Shown here piece after piece: positions 25,619 to 38,875 of a stretch of DNA of 64,000 nt. Both the position numbers and the translations under genes were made by a program. Where the stretch lies: NCBI GenBank assembly GCA_951406725.2, contig OX597818.1, positions 47,678,001 to 47,742,000 on the forward strand. Direction: 5' to 3'. Source of the stretch: Octopus vulgaris. Lineage: Eukaryota. Under the pieces are notes generated by a model, which ran no database searches, was not told the DNA's origin, and worked only from the letters and a program-made list of their open reading frames with translations. Numbering within the stretch: position 1 is the stretch's first letter; each line of letters starts with the position of its first letter.

Positions 25619-28004
25619 TTAAAACGCTTAAGTATATCTAGTATTGTCACCATACTTGTCTGCTAAATGTTCATTCAATTTTGAAGTTGTCTCCCCTGCT
25701 TTGACCAGCGTTAATAATTCATTAGTTTCTTTTCCTTTCACTATGGGTAAATTAAAATTAGAAATTTTTTTTTTTTGCTTTCTGCATTATGTTATCTCCT
25801 ACTTATATATTCCAGGTGTCATCTCTGGCATATTTCTCCACAGTCATTAATTTATGCAGGTGTTTTGCTAGTTACTTAAAAAGTAACTCAGGAATGTTAT
25901 TTTGAAGTGGTGGTTTGCCTTAGTGTTGGTCAGCTGGAATAAACTGTTAGTAGGTCTATGTGCTCGCTCCTAAGTCATATAACTGGTACAACTACTACTA
26001 CTGCTAATATTATTGATAGCAGTCACTGCTCTTTAGCATCAAAATAAGGTGTAGGCATGGGTGTGTAGTTAAGAAACTTCCCTTGCAACCACATAGTTTT
26101 GGGTTCAGTCCCTCTGTGTAGCACCTTATGCAAGTGTCTTCTACCATAGCCCTGAGTTAACCAATGCCTTGTGAGTGTATTTGATTGATAGGAACCCGTT
26201 GTATGTGTGTGTGTGAGTGTGTCTGTGTAACTTAGTGGCTCAGCAAAAGAGACAGACGGAATTAGTATCACACTAAAAAAAAAAAGAAACAAACTACTTG
26301 TGTTGATTTGTTCAATTAAACTCTTCAAAGTCCCAGTCTAATGACAGAAACAAATAAACAATAAACGAGAACGTCACAAATTAATTCCACCACATTTAAT
26401 ATCAATTTTCTGTTTATTCATTTTGTGTTGTTTAACCCTTTTGCTAGCAAACAACATATCTAAGACCACCCCTGGTTCTATAGTACAAGTTGTTTTACTA
26501 AATTTAATATATTCAGAATTAATTGAAACAAAAATATATTAACAAAAGGGTTAATGTATGCTGTCCATGTTAGCATGACAAGGACTGGTTCAAATTTGAG
26601 GCAAGATTTTTATGGTTAGATGCTCTTCCTGTTGCTAAACCTTATTTATTCTCTTTACTCTTTTACTTGTTTCAATCATTTGACTGCGGCCATGCTGGAG
26701 CAACACCTTTATCATCCTCATCATCATCATCATTTAGCGTCCGTTCTCCATGCTAGCAAATCGACCTCAGGACTTATTCGTTGTAAGCCTAGTACTTATT
26801 CTATCGGTCTCTTTTGCCGAACTGCTAAGTTACAGGGACGTAAACACACCACCATCGGTTGTCAAATGATGCTGGGGGGGGGGGGACAAACAGACACACA
26901 AACATATACACACACACATATACATATATATATATATATATATATACACATATTCGATGGGCTTCTTTCAGTTTCTGTCTACCAAATCCACTCACAAGGC
27001 TTTGGTCGGCCCGAGGCTATAGTAGAAGACACTTGCCCAAGGTGCCACACAGTGGGACTGAACCTGGGACTATGTGGTTGGTAAGCAAGCTACTTACCAC
27101 ACAGCCACTCCTATGCCATGTTTTTTTCTTTTTTTCTATCAGTGCTCATGTTATATCAAAGGTGTAAACAGCTTATGAGAAGCATTAATATTGATGTGGT
27201 ATTGTATTTCAGAGTGTGTATATTTTGAAAGGTCAAATAATTCAACAAAATAGACAAATTTATTTTGGGTTACCACTTCATAATTTAGTAAATTTAAGAG
27301 ATTTAGTGTCCTTCCAAACACTTCAATGATTTCATGCAAGCATGCCACCCACCATGGTCCCACATGCATGTTCTTAATTTGTCAATATTTGCCATTCCAC
27401 TGTCCTGAAGCAAGCTGTCCACATAGATTAAGAAGTAATATTGGTAAATATCATTATGTGCAGAGTGAACAGCAAGAATCAGAACATTAACTTCTATAAA
27501 TAATAAAAAGTTTTGAATGGTACAACAATGCTCTATAATACAGACAATGGGCTATATACCTGTTGTAATTTAGTCAAGGCACGTGGCTTAGTGGTTAGGG
27601 CATTCGACTGACGATTGTAAGGTCGTGAGTTCGATTCCCGGCGACGCGTTGTGTCCTTTAGCAAGACACTTTATTTCACGTTGCTCCAGTCCACTCAGCT
27701 GGCAAAAATGAGTTGTACCTGTATTTCAAAGGGCCGGCCTTGTCACACTCTGTGTCACGCTGAATCTCCCCGAGAACTACGTTAAGGGTACACGTGTCTG
27801 TGGAGTGCTCAGCCACTTACACGTTAATTCCACGAGCAAGCTGTTCCGTTGATCATATCAGCTGGGGCCCTCGTCGTTGTAACCGACGGAGAGTGCTCCT
27901 TTAATTTAGTCAACCATAGTCTGATATGATATTTCGGAATAATATTCCTTCTTCAGATATTCTTAGATGAAGTTGCTGCTATAATCGGTTTTCAAGAAAA
28001 CCGA

Positions 28005-28515
28005 TTGTCTGTATTATAGTGAATTGTCCATATAATAATTGTCCATATATAGCCCATTGTCTGTATTATAGTGCATTGTCCATATAATAATTGTCCATAT
28101 ATAGCCCGTTGTCTGTATTATAGTGAATTGTCCATATAATAATTGTCCATATATAGCCCGTTGTCTGTATTATAGTGCATTGTCCATATAATAATTGTCC
28201 ATATATAGCCCATTGTCTGTATTATAGTGAATTGTCCATATAATAATTGTCCATATATAGCCCGTTGTCTGTATTATAGTGCATTGTCCATATAATAATT
28301 GTCCATATATAGCCCGTTGCCTGTATTATAGTGCATTGTCCATATAATAATTGTTGACTGTATTATAGTGAATTGTCCATATAATAATTGTCCATATATA
28401 GCCCGTTGTCTGTATTATAGTGCATTGTCCATATAATAATTGTCCATATATAGCCCGTTGTCTGTATTATAGTGCATTGTCCATATAATAATTGTTGACT
28501 GTATTATAGTGTATT
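28005..28515 (+). repeat. 52-bp minisatellite, ~10 copies (two shortened)
   Basis: Unit ttgtctgtattatagtgcattgtccatataataattgtccatatatagcccg. Confidence 0.9.
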
Positions 28516-28888
28516 GTTGTACCATTCAAAACTTTTTATTATTTACAAACAATACACAATGCTTCAAGTGAACTACAGTACTCTCCTATTAAATTCCGTA
28601 TTTATACTTAATATGTTCTGGCAGATTTGAATGTTATGCTAATCACTGTTGTATTTCATTATTCGAGAACAGTTTCTCTTTTTAGATGAATGTCTGATTA
28701 TAACACACTAAATTCATTAACATAAGCCCCAAAGATCCCTTATGGATTCCTCTGAAAGTTATTCTCCAATGAAGATATACAAAAGTGATTAGCATAATCA
28801 TGTTTGAATCTGCTGGAATGTATTAAAAATGAATTTGTAAGTCATCATTAGTTATTTGAATTATTTTTTTTATTAATAATTATTAGTT

Positions 28889-29461
28889 ATTACCTCCACA
28901 TTAAAGAAGGCAGAGGTATTGTTTCAGTCGTATTTGTTTGTCAGTGGACAAGATTTCTCCAGAACTGCTGGATGGATTTGGATGAAACTTTCAAGGATGT
29001 TTGGCCTTGTGACTGGCACAAAGTAATTAGATTTTGGGATTGATCTGGTACCGGACAAGGATTATTTGTTATATTTACTTTACATGATTATGATCTTATG
29101 TTAACTTTTAAGGTTCTCAATTATCTCCCTTTAGGCTGTAACTATTTTGAATGGTGAATTTGTTAACTTTGGCTTATTTTAGATAAGGATAAACTATTTA
29201 TTAGTGTTACTAAATTTTATACTGCCACCTTCACATTTCATGACTACCATTGGGATCGATTAGGTACCAGACAAGGAGTTTGCATTATTTTTCCGTTTTT
29301 TTTTTACTTAATTTTTGAGAGTTCATTTTTAGTATTCTTGTTTGTGAGAGCAGTCAAGTTCATTTCAGATATTCTCATTTTAAAAATCATCTCTGGCTAA
29401 TCGTTGAGAGGACATTTGTGTTGCCTTGGTGGAGATTTGCACATTCTGAGTGCTCTTGTTT
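28889..29461 (+). mobile_element. Non-autonomous Helentron (HINE)
   Basis: Starts ATTACCTCC..gaggtattgttt and ends ccttggtggagatttgcacattctgagtgctcttgttt, the typical HINE subterminal motifs. Related to 43182-44136. Confidence 0.65.
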
Positions 29462-29562
29462 AAATTACTTTTTATTCAAAGCTGTGTTTTGAATTTTTAA
29501 CCATTTTGAAGAATAACACTTATTCTCCTTGATTAATTTTTTTTTTTCCTCTCTCATTTCAG

Positions 29563-30346
29563 CAGCAGTCCTATTGAGGTGGAATTAGAGAGTAGTTCAT
29601 CTCCAACTGTCTATGAAATTGAAGAATGTGATTCTCAGGAAAAGATGGTTATTGGACAAATCGGTGCCACTGCCTCCAGTGATAAAGTGGAATTCATCTG
29701 TACAATCTGCCATACCTCATTCCTATTTGCCGAAATCGTTGTGTCACATTTGAGAAATGTGCACAATGTTCTCTTAGATGATATTCCAGAATTTGTTGTA
29801 GTTGGTAGTCACTCCAGTGGTGAGAATATTGCCAATAGCAACTCTTGTATAGAATGTGGTTTCAGTTCTCAGAATCCTGATTATTTACCGTTTCATCGAT
29901 ATTTTCAGCATGCTGTGCCATTGCCCGCTAATTGCACCCTCTTCAAATGCGAGTTCTGTAATGCAGAATTTATAAGGAAACGTGGCCTTACTGAGCATAT
30001 ACAACAGTTTCATAAAGATGAAGCACATTTCATGTGTGAACATTGTGGCCGGACATACAAGATCCAAAACTGTCTTCAAAAGCATATTTATAATTGTCAT
30101 AATAGTGAGCGCAAATGGTCATGCCTTTATTGTGGACGGACATTTAAAAAACAAGACCATTTGAAAGTTCATATTCGTTTGCACACTCATGAAAAACCAT
30201 TTGCATGTCATGTCTGTGACTATAAAAGCACAACAAAAGGTAACCTAAAAGCACATTTGATGAGACGACATTCCATAGATATTGATACTGTCGAACATTT
30301 TAAAATTAATAAAAACAAAACAACTCCCATTGAAATCAGTCTATAA
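29563..30346 (+). CDS. Terminal coding exon B: six C2H2 zinc fingers
   Basis: Fingers: CTIC..HLRNVH, CIEC..HRYFQH, CEFC..HIQQFH, CEHC..HIYNCH, CLYC..HIRLH, then a THEKPF linker and CHVC..HLMRRH. Long polypyrimidine tract plus cag at 29560-62 gives a phase-2 acceptor. Stop TAA at 30344-46. Confidence 0.9.
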
Positions 30347-30812
30347 AAGTTCTTTGTAAACCCCACTTGGCCAAACTTGGTGTTAGCTTTTAATGTCTAA
30401 TGAATTTTCTTAGCACCCATCTACAAACAAGGAACACATTTTTAAATTTTCACTTTTCTATAAAAAGTAAATAATTTTTGTAGCTGTTACAAAAATAATA
30501 TTATAACCATTGCTGGATGTGGTTCCAAATGAATTAGCTACTGTAAGGAGGTTCAAGAAGCTGTTATCTCAACAGGTGATATAGAATTTCTTAACTCATA
30601 CAAATGTATGTATGTAACGTATGTGCATGCATATGTCTGCGCATGCATGTGTGTGTGTGTGTGCATGTGTGTATGTGTGCATATGTGTGTGTTGAATAAA
30701 AGTGTATAAAATGATATCTTGCCTTTACATAACAATATTTTCCAAAGAAAAAATGTGAAAATGTTTATTAATAATTTTTGTTTTGATTTGTAAATGTTTG
30801 TGAAAATACAAA

Positions 30813-30818
30813 AATAAA
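30813..30818 (+). promoter_or_regulatory. Candidate poly(A) signal for ZnF exon B (a second AATAAA lies at 30695-30700)
   Basis: AATAAA followed by T/GT-rich sequence, about 470 nt after the stop. Confidence 0.5.
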
Positions 30819-30857
30819 CAATTTATGAAAGGATTCTTTTCAGTCTGTTATTTATAA

Positions 30858-31238
30858 CTAGCACTGTGACCTGGCGTTGCCGGGTCATAGTGCTAGTGCA
30901 TGCATGTACAGCTGTGTGCATGCGCACACACACACGCGAGTACTGTCCAAATCTCTGACCAATCACATACAGCTAGCTGGCATTCAATTGGTGTATCAAG
31001 TTTCGGGCATTTTGATTGGGTTTTGGATAGAAAATTCAGAAAAAAGTCACTTCTATTGATTTTTTTAATGGCTTTGCGGGGTGACTGGGGAAATGTAAAG
31101 ATGTGCACGACCACCCTTGGACGGTTTTGAATGACCATAGAAAGTGCGAGCCTTCTAACTGAAAAATTGTGGATTTGTATAAAGGACACACACACACACA
31201 GAGACAGACAGACATTTTGCTGTTTATATATATAGAGA
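30858..31238 (-). mobile_element. Non-autonomous Helitron (family E, copy 3)
   Basis: Homologous to 383-788 with the same termini. Confidence 0.8.
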
Positions 31239-34200
31239 TAAAATCTCATATAAATTTTGTTTGGGGGTTAATGTAGAGGTTGAAAGATTCCACTATAGAA
31301 GATAACTTTCAAATAGAAGTTTAGACAAGAAATAACTGAAATAAAACAAATTACAACTTAAGGGACCAGTAGGCATTCTTCTTCTTAGTCTATAACACAT
31401 CACTCATGGATGCTGACCCCAACTTGAGAGCAAATTCCCCTCCAGGTTATGCAACATGGCATTGCATGGGACAACTCTGAGACAGTGCACAGTTCTGTAT
31501 CCTGCATAAGTTCATGGACATACATCACGTGGGCCTAACCATGAGGCTTGAACACTTCCTCAGTCAAAGTAAAGTGCAGTCAACACAAGATTCCTCCAAA
31601 GGAACACTGTAGCTCCTTTCCTTTTCATTATAGTCTTGGACTATGTACTAGGGCGCTCTATGGTATCTGAACTAGGTGTAACTCTCTGTCCCTCCCTACT
31701 GGAGGAGAAAATGTGTTTGAAAAGTCTCATTAATGTAGTTTTAGCAATGACAGTGGAAAAGAAAGACTTGGAAGAATATAAAATGGATAGAGGGAGTCTA
31801 CCACTGGTGGTACCAATTGTGGCTTTTGGTTCTTTTGGTAAGACCAATTGTAGTAGGAGGATAGTTACTCCTATAGTCCTATATATTTCTTTACTGCCCA
31901 CAAGGGGCTAAATATAGAGGAGACAAACAAGGACAGAGAAAGGGATTAAGTCAATTACATCGACCCCAGTGCGAAACTGGTACTTTAGTTATCGACCCTG
32001 AAAGGATGAAAGGCAAAGTCGACCTTGGCGGAATTTGAATTCAGAACATAATGACAGACGAAATACCGCTAAGCATTTCGCCCGGCGTGCTAATGTTTCT
32101 GCCTGCTCGCTGCCTTCCTATAGTCCTATATACTCAGCAAAAAGTCCTGTTGTTGTTTCTGCCTACCTTGCTACTTTGGTTTTGGTGCGCCCTGATCAAT
32201 TGGTGACTCTTTGACCCTGTATACATTTTTATTGCATAATATAATTTGTACCAACCACACACAGACGACATGTTGGAGCAGCTGTAGTCTATTGAAGCAA
32301 ATATAGTAAATATTTCCTGCAGATCATTGCTGGGATAAAATGCAAAGCTAAAGCTAACTGGTGGGATTTAAATTTGATCATTATTCAACATTACCATCTG
32401 TGTCACCCTTACAGACTTGATAATATCGCAATAAATTGTATTTTAGTTTTTTTAGTCTGTTATATTCTACCTTTGTCAATCAATTTCTGCAGGAAGTTAT
32501 TATCTTCAATACAAGAAATAACAGAGATACACTTGAAATGGGAAATTACAACAGACTCACATTAATGGATCTGGTTATGAAAGAGGAAGAAACCGCAGCT
32601 ATGTTGGGGCACCTCCTTGATGGATTTCAGTCTAACAGGTTGATCTCAGTACTTGTTTTTTTTTTTTTAGCCTGGTCTCTTTTATTAAACTGGTTACACG
32701 GACATAAACAAACCAACACTGGTTATCAAGTGGTGGGGAGAAGACAACCACAGAAACACGTGCATATATACGAAAGACTTCCACAGTTTCTTATTTCTTT
32801 ACTGCCCACAAGGGGCTAAACACAGAGGACAAACAAGGACAGACAAACGGATTAAGTCGATTATATCGACCCAAGTGCGTAACTGGTACTTATTTAATCG
32901 ACCCCGAAAGGATGAAAGGCAAAGTCAGCTTCAGCGGAATTTGAACTCAGAACGTAACGGCAGACGAAATACCGCTAAGCATTTCGCCCGGCGTGCTAAC
33001 ATTTCTGGCAGCTCGCCGCCTTCCACACAGTTTCTGTCTACCAAATTCACTGGCAAGGCATTAGTTGGTTTGGAGTTATAGTAGAAGATACTTGCCCAAG
33101 CTCCCTAGACCACGTGGTTACAAAATGATCTTCCTAACCACACAGTCGTATACCCTTATCTGTGCCTATACCTTTACCTGCACCTGTTGTATAAAATTTA
33201 GACTTGTATTAATGCGAAACCATATAAGTTTTAGAGTCTGGTGACATAACTTCAATATAGTAGTAACCCTCTAGATTTAATGATGTAATGAAGGCTTTTT
33301 TTTGCATAAATCAAAAATCAAAATCAAATTCGATGACTAGCGTCCGTGCTAGCGTGGTGCAAAGAGCACCTTCCAAGCGTGATCGTTGACAGAGCGGCTA
33401 ACCGGCTTCCGTGCCAGTGGCACTTAAAAGGCACCATTCGAGTGTGATCATTATCAGCGTCGCATTACTGGCACTCGAGCCCCGTGCTAGTTTGGTATTA
33501 AGAGCACCTTCCAAGCGTGATCGTTGCCAGAGCGGCTATCTGGCCTCCGTGCCGGTGGCACATAAAAGACACCATTCGAGCGTGATCGTTATCAGCATCG
33601 CCTTACTGGCACCCGTGCCGGTGGCATGTATAAAAGATTCGAGCGAGGTCGTTGCCAGTGCCGCCTGACTGGCCCCGTGCCGGTGGCACATAAAAGCACC
33701 CACTACACTCTCGGAGTGGTTGGCGTTAGGAAGGGCATCCAGCTGTAGAAACTCTGCCAGATCAAGATTGAAGCCTGGTGTAGCCATCTGGTTTGCCAGC
33801 CCTCAGTCATTCATCCAACCCGTGCTAGCATGGAAAGCGGACGTTAAACGATGATGATGATGATGATGACGATGATGATGCTACCACACATGGTAGACTA
33901 GTGAGCACTGAGAAATCTCAATTTATACAAACGATTTGTCAGAGTAATTGATATGATGTATGAAGATTCTAGAAATAAGGAGGCTTGGGTTGGCAGTGAA
34001 TACGAAGAAATTAGCATGCAGGTAAATGGCCATCAGGGCTCTACTTCCAGTACTCTTCATTATAGTAGAGAAGAGAATTCTTCAGAAGTTCACAAAGGAG
34101 TGATTTTAGAAATCTTTTATTTGCAGATATGTTGAAGAACTGTACGAAATTTGTAGCTCAAAAGAACGGCTTATTGCCAGAGAGTCTCACTCTGTTGTAG

Positions 34201-34446
34201 AGTATATGGAGCAGACAAAAACTCAATATTGTCTTCTAAATGCCCCAAAAATGATTGATGTTTAAAATGCATAAATATGAAGCAAAAACTACATACAGGT
34301 TACGGATTTGTTTTAGCTCTATGTATTTCAGATTATTAAGTATAAACAACTACATATTTTTATACACAAGCGCATGCACGTGCACACAACTACTAATGCA
34401 TTTTATTAGCTTTTAATTTCTATACTGTAAAAAAACAAAACATGTC

Positions 34447-35015
34447 TATGATTAAGAAGTTTGTTTCGCAAGCACAGGGTTCTGGGTATGATTCTACTGC
34501 ATGGCAACATGGCAACGTGTCTTCTATGATAACCTTGGCTCGACCAAAAAGTTAACTAGAATTTCATATTGTCTTTTGTTCATAAGTGGTGTTAGCTGGT
34601 TCATGATATGTTTTTCAGTTAAACATATATTGCAGAATTTTTAGCCGTTACAAAATGGGATAGTTTTGACTAATATAAACCATGTTGTATTGGTAGACTT
34701 ACCATTATCTTTGTTTTCTAGATATATTTCTAGAGTTTAAATGACGATTATCATATCATAAACAAATCCATGTCAATAACGCGTTTATATTAGTTAAAAT
34801 AACCCCAGTCTGTAATGGCGACTGCAATATATGTTTAACTGAAAAATATATCATGTCATAAACTATTCAACACTGTTAATGAATAAAAGACAATATGAAA
34901 TTCTAGTCAACTCTTTGGTCGAGCCAAGGTTATCATAGAAGACACTCGACCATGTTGCAATGCAGTGGAATCATACTCAGAATCCTGTGCTTGCGAAGCA
35001 AACTTCTTAATCATA
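34447..35015. repeat. ~570-bp imperfect palindrome with SINE-A-like heads at both ends
   Basis: tatgattaagaagtttg...ataaac is mirrored by gtttatat...caaacttcttaatcata. Confidence 0.85.
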
Positions 35016-36078
35016 CAACTGGAAAAGGTAATTTTACGTTTTACATTTCATGTCTTGGTTGAAGTTCACGTAATTTTAGTGCACTTTAAATGCAAAATTA
35101 TAACTTCTTAATTCAAAACAACATTGCTTATTTGATAATGACGTTTGTAAGTGGAATCCAAAATAAAAAGTCACAGAAAAAAAATCACTTTAATCTTAAC
35201 GTCGTACTTTGTAAATAAATGACTAAGAAATTTTATCTCCCATTGTTTTTATTTAAAAAAAAAAGCTGAATGAAAATGTTTTCATTGATGTGTAATGCCG
35301 TTATAGCAGTGTTTAGTATTCGAAACCTTGTCGGTCCAGTAACGGACGAAGGCCATGGCGTATCTAGTGATCTTAGCATATATTTCAGTCAGTTGTTGTT
35401 CTGGTGCATTTGTATGGTGGTGTAATCAAACGGAAAATTCCATGCAGTTTCGCCCCAAATCATAGTTATAAACCAAGATGTGCGTCAAATACAACACGCA
35501 CGCACGCACAAGAGAGCACTCACAGAGGACGGCAAAAGTTTTCTTGGTCACATGGCAGTCATGCAACTGATTTCGTGTCAAAAGAACTCTTTTCGCCAAA
35601 CATACATTATCACTTCTAGCTGAACACAAACGCATTTTCTCCTCTCACACACTAGCTGCTGGTATTCGGTAAAACGTCTTATGTAAAGTAGCTAATTGTA
35701 ATATGTATCTACGAAAAAGACATTACGAAAATCAAAATATCGTACTTGGTTTTATTCGGGAGCAGCGCAGAGCCAGATCAAATAATACAGCTCCCAGTTA
35801 AACAAGTCCATACCATCATACGTTAAACGTGTATAAGTCACATATTGTAACTTAATAATTGATTAAAAATATTTTCGCGTTCATTACTTTAGTTGTTTAT
35901 AATATTCAAATAAAATGTGACTTTTTTCTAATTAAAATTGTAGCTTTTTCAGTGAGCTTTTTCCACTGACGTTTTCACCGGACATCTTGTGAAATGCATT
36001 ACATTAAGCACAATATAAAATGGTGGACTTTTTATTTTGAATTTTGCAGGTAGATGGCTGTTATTGTTTACAAATCTA

Positions 36079-37143
36079 GGATCTTTTCTTTTTGAAAGCC
36101 AGATTTTCCTAGTTAACTAAACAATTTGAAACTTCGTATACTGGTAGAATGTGTCAAAAGAAAACATAATTGTAAACCAAAATGAAAACGGAATTGTAAT
36201 TTCTAAGTTTAACGTTGTTTAAAAATTCGAATTTTAACCAATGATATTCTTTCTTTCGGCCTCATATTATTTACTGCTTCTCAAAATATTGTTACTGTGA
36301 CGTAAACAGCTATTTTGTGACGTAGTTAACGTAAACATGTAAATAGCTAAAATGTAAACATCTCCGCTTATCGTAAACTTCGTGGAGTATATATAAAATT
36401 TGTGTAGATCCTAAATAGCTACACACACATGTATACAAACATATGCATATATATATATATATATATATATACACCTATACACACATATTCTAATGCATAT
36501 GCATATATGTGTATATATTTATAATGTGTGTGTATTATAGATGCATACATTATATATATATAAAAGATGTTTACATACAATATATATATGTTATATACAT
36601 CTACATGTATATGTATGTATGAATATATAAGTACCACAGAATTTGAATCAAACTGTTTTGATCCATACATACACACACATACACACCAACACTACCATCC
36701 ATGAGACATCCTAACATAATCAATGCTACTACTACTATCATCATCATTATCATCATCATCCACTGCCGCCACCACCACCACCACCTCTACAAAAACACCA
36801 ACACTATAATTGCTGCCATCATACACATCCACTGTCACCACTACCACCACTGCCATGATAACCACATCTACCACAGCTGTTTGCTTACTGCTTACCCACT
36901 CACAAAATAGCTATCTACGTTACATTAACACTATGCAGCTAATAATTTCAAATGAAAACAGTAATACGATTGGTTAAAATTCGCAGATTTAAACTACGTT
37001 TAAACATATAAAATACATTTTTGTCAAAAAAACTAGTTGAAATTATTGTTTTCTTTTGACACATTCTACCAGTATACGAAGTTTCAAATTATTTAGTTAA
37101 CTAGAAAAATCTGAAAAATCTGGCTTTCAAAAAGAAAAGATCC
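36079..37143. mobile_element. Foldback DNA element (MULE/Merlin-like) with long TIRs and 8-bp TSD
   Basis: GGATCTTTTC...GAAAAGATCC termini. TSD caaatcta at 36071-78 and 37144-51. Low-complexity interior. Confidence 0.8.
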
Positions 37144-37147
37144 CAAA

Positions 37148-37700
37148 TCTATTATATAAAATCCGTTCTGTCTGTCTGTTGGTGTGTCTTCTAGGATCTC
37201 GGGCATCTTCCATCCGATCGCGCTCAAATTTGATAAGTAGATACCGACGGTATCAGGGCGTGTATAAGTCTTGAAAAAATTACAAAAATCGATTCCAGGT
37301 GAGAATGCAATCGATAAAGCCGTTTTGGTCCTGCTTTTCGTCCGTCAACCTGTACATAACTGCACCTTCCATTTTTTGTTGTTTTTGTACTGCTTAAAGG
37401 CACGTTTCTTTCCTGCCAAGCTTACTGTTTAAACCATATTTGTGTTCTCCCAGTCAACAGCCTTATCATTACTGGTACTTTAAACTCTTCGGTTGCATAT
37501 TTGTGTGAATAAAATCGTTTTTCTTTGGAATAGAAAAAAGTCTATCTTTATTTCTTCTTTTGCTGGTGTCTAAAATTTAGGTTAAATCAGTGTTTCTGAA
37601 CGGGGAGACCTATGGGACGGTCGGACAAGTTGTTTTGAGAAAATTTGGTTTAAATGTTTGACAACTCAGCATTGGACGGGGGGTGTGTGTGTGTGTGTGC
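37148..37700 (+). mobile_element. Probable Helitron 5' portion
   Basis: a|TCTATTATATAAAA..(CTGT)n start. 3' end not identified. Confidence 0.4.
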
Positions 37701-38294
37701 TCGTCTACCATATATCACGGATGTCAAGGGACAACGAAAATATTCAACACAAAAGCTAGAATTTATATGAAAGTCAAATGAATACGAGAGAGGAGTTGTG
37801 AAATTGAAAATCAAGTATGGATGGGAAACAAGAGGAATTCAAATATTGATTGAAGATTAGAAAAAAAAACACAAATAAAGGAAATATTTGGTGATTCAAC
37901 ATATTGATCTCACATCGCCTGCAAATGTAAAATCTGGTGACGAGATATTTTCATTACAACTAGAAACCTGGATATTGCTTTCGTCTATGTTGAAAATTGC
38001 TTGACATACAATAAAAAGACAGGGACACTGCTGTTCGAGGACATTTTTCACTGATCGGAATAGCTAATAGATTATGTTACATAAGTCATAGGGTTGATTT
38101 GGTCCATACATATCAATATTGTATCGAATATATATAAATAAATAAATAAAAGATATTTATTCTTTTACTTGTTTCACTCATTTTGACTGCAGCCATGCTG
38201 GAGCACCACCTTAAAGGGTTTTTAGTCGAAGAAATCGATCCCACAACTTATTCTTTGTAAGTCTAGTACTTATTCTATCAGTCTTTTTGGTCAG

Positions 38295-38817
38295 CTGAAA
38301 GTAGTTTTGGCACAAACTTGGCAGACACGCGTCTCATCTTCAGTGATAATGGGCTGAACCGAACCGTAATCTATCTGCACATCCTCTGATAACTCACGGA
38401 TGGTGATTCGACGATTTCCCCTCACAGCTGCACGCACATCTGCGATGTTTTTCTCAATTCTGCAGGTTGCGAGTCTTCCAGAACGTTCGCCAAAATCGAC
38501 ATTTTTCGGCCATCTTGGAAACATCTGAACCACTCGTACACCTGCGTGCGGCTCATACACTCCTCTCCATACACTTTGCGTAGACTTCTGAGCAGATATC
38601 ACCATGGCGACTGTCTCTGTCATGGTCAATGCGACGATCACCCGCAACACACTTTCCTTCCAAGCACTGCTGTAAACAGCGAAAGTGAACTAGAACGTTA
38701 AAACTTAGTACGCATGCACAGCAGAGTTCAAAGTCAATCTGTGCCAAGTGGCCTCACTCTGAGTGCTTTAGCTTCGTTACTATGGCAACAGTACATATAC
38801 TTATTGATCAGACCTCG
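38295..38817 (-). mobile_element. Mariner 5' fragment (TIR plus N-terminal HTH)
   Basis: TA|CGAGGTCTGATCAATAAGTA TIR. Decayed ERSGR...NIADVRAAV..NRRITIRELSE. Confidence 0.75.
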
Positions 38818-38836
38818 TATATGCATATACATACAT

Positions 38837-38875
<39 letters not shown>

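Noticed and set aside
27577-27650. tRNA gene
   Set aside because: tRNA-like head that continues into the SINE-C body, with no complete acceptor stem.
28005-28515. Regular arrays here and at 22388-22616 as CRISPR
   Set aside because: Units are contiguous with no unique spacers, the context is eukaryotic, and there are no cas genes.
31636-31911. Overlapping ORFs on both strands as a third variable exon
   Set aside because: No Cys/His finger pattern, and both ORFs run into a SINE-B insertion.
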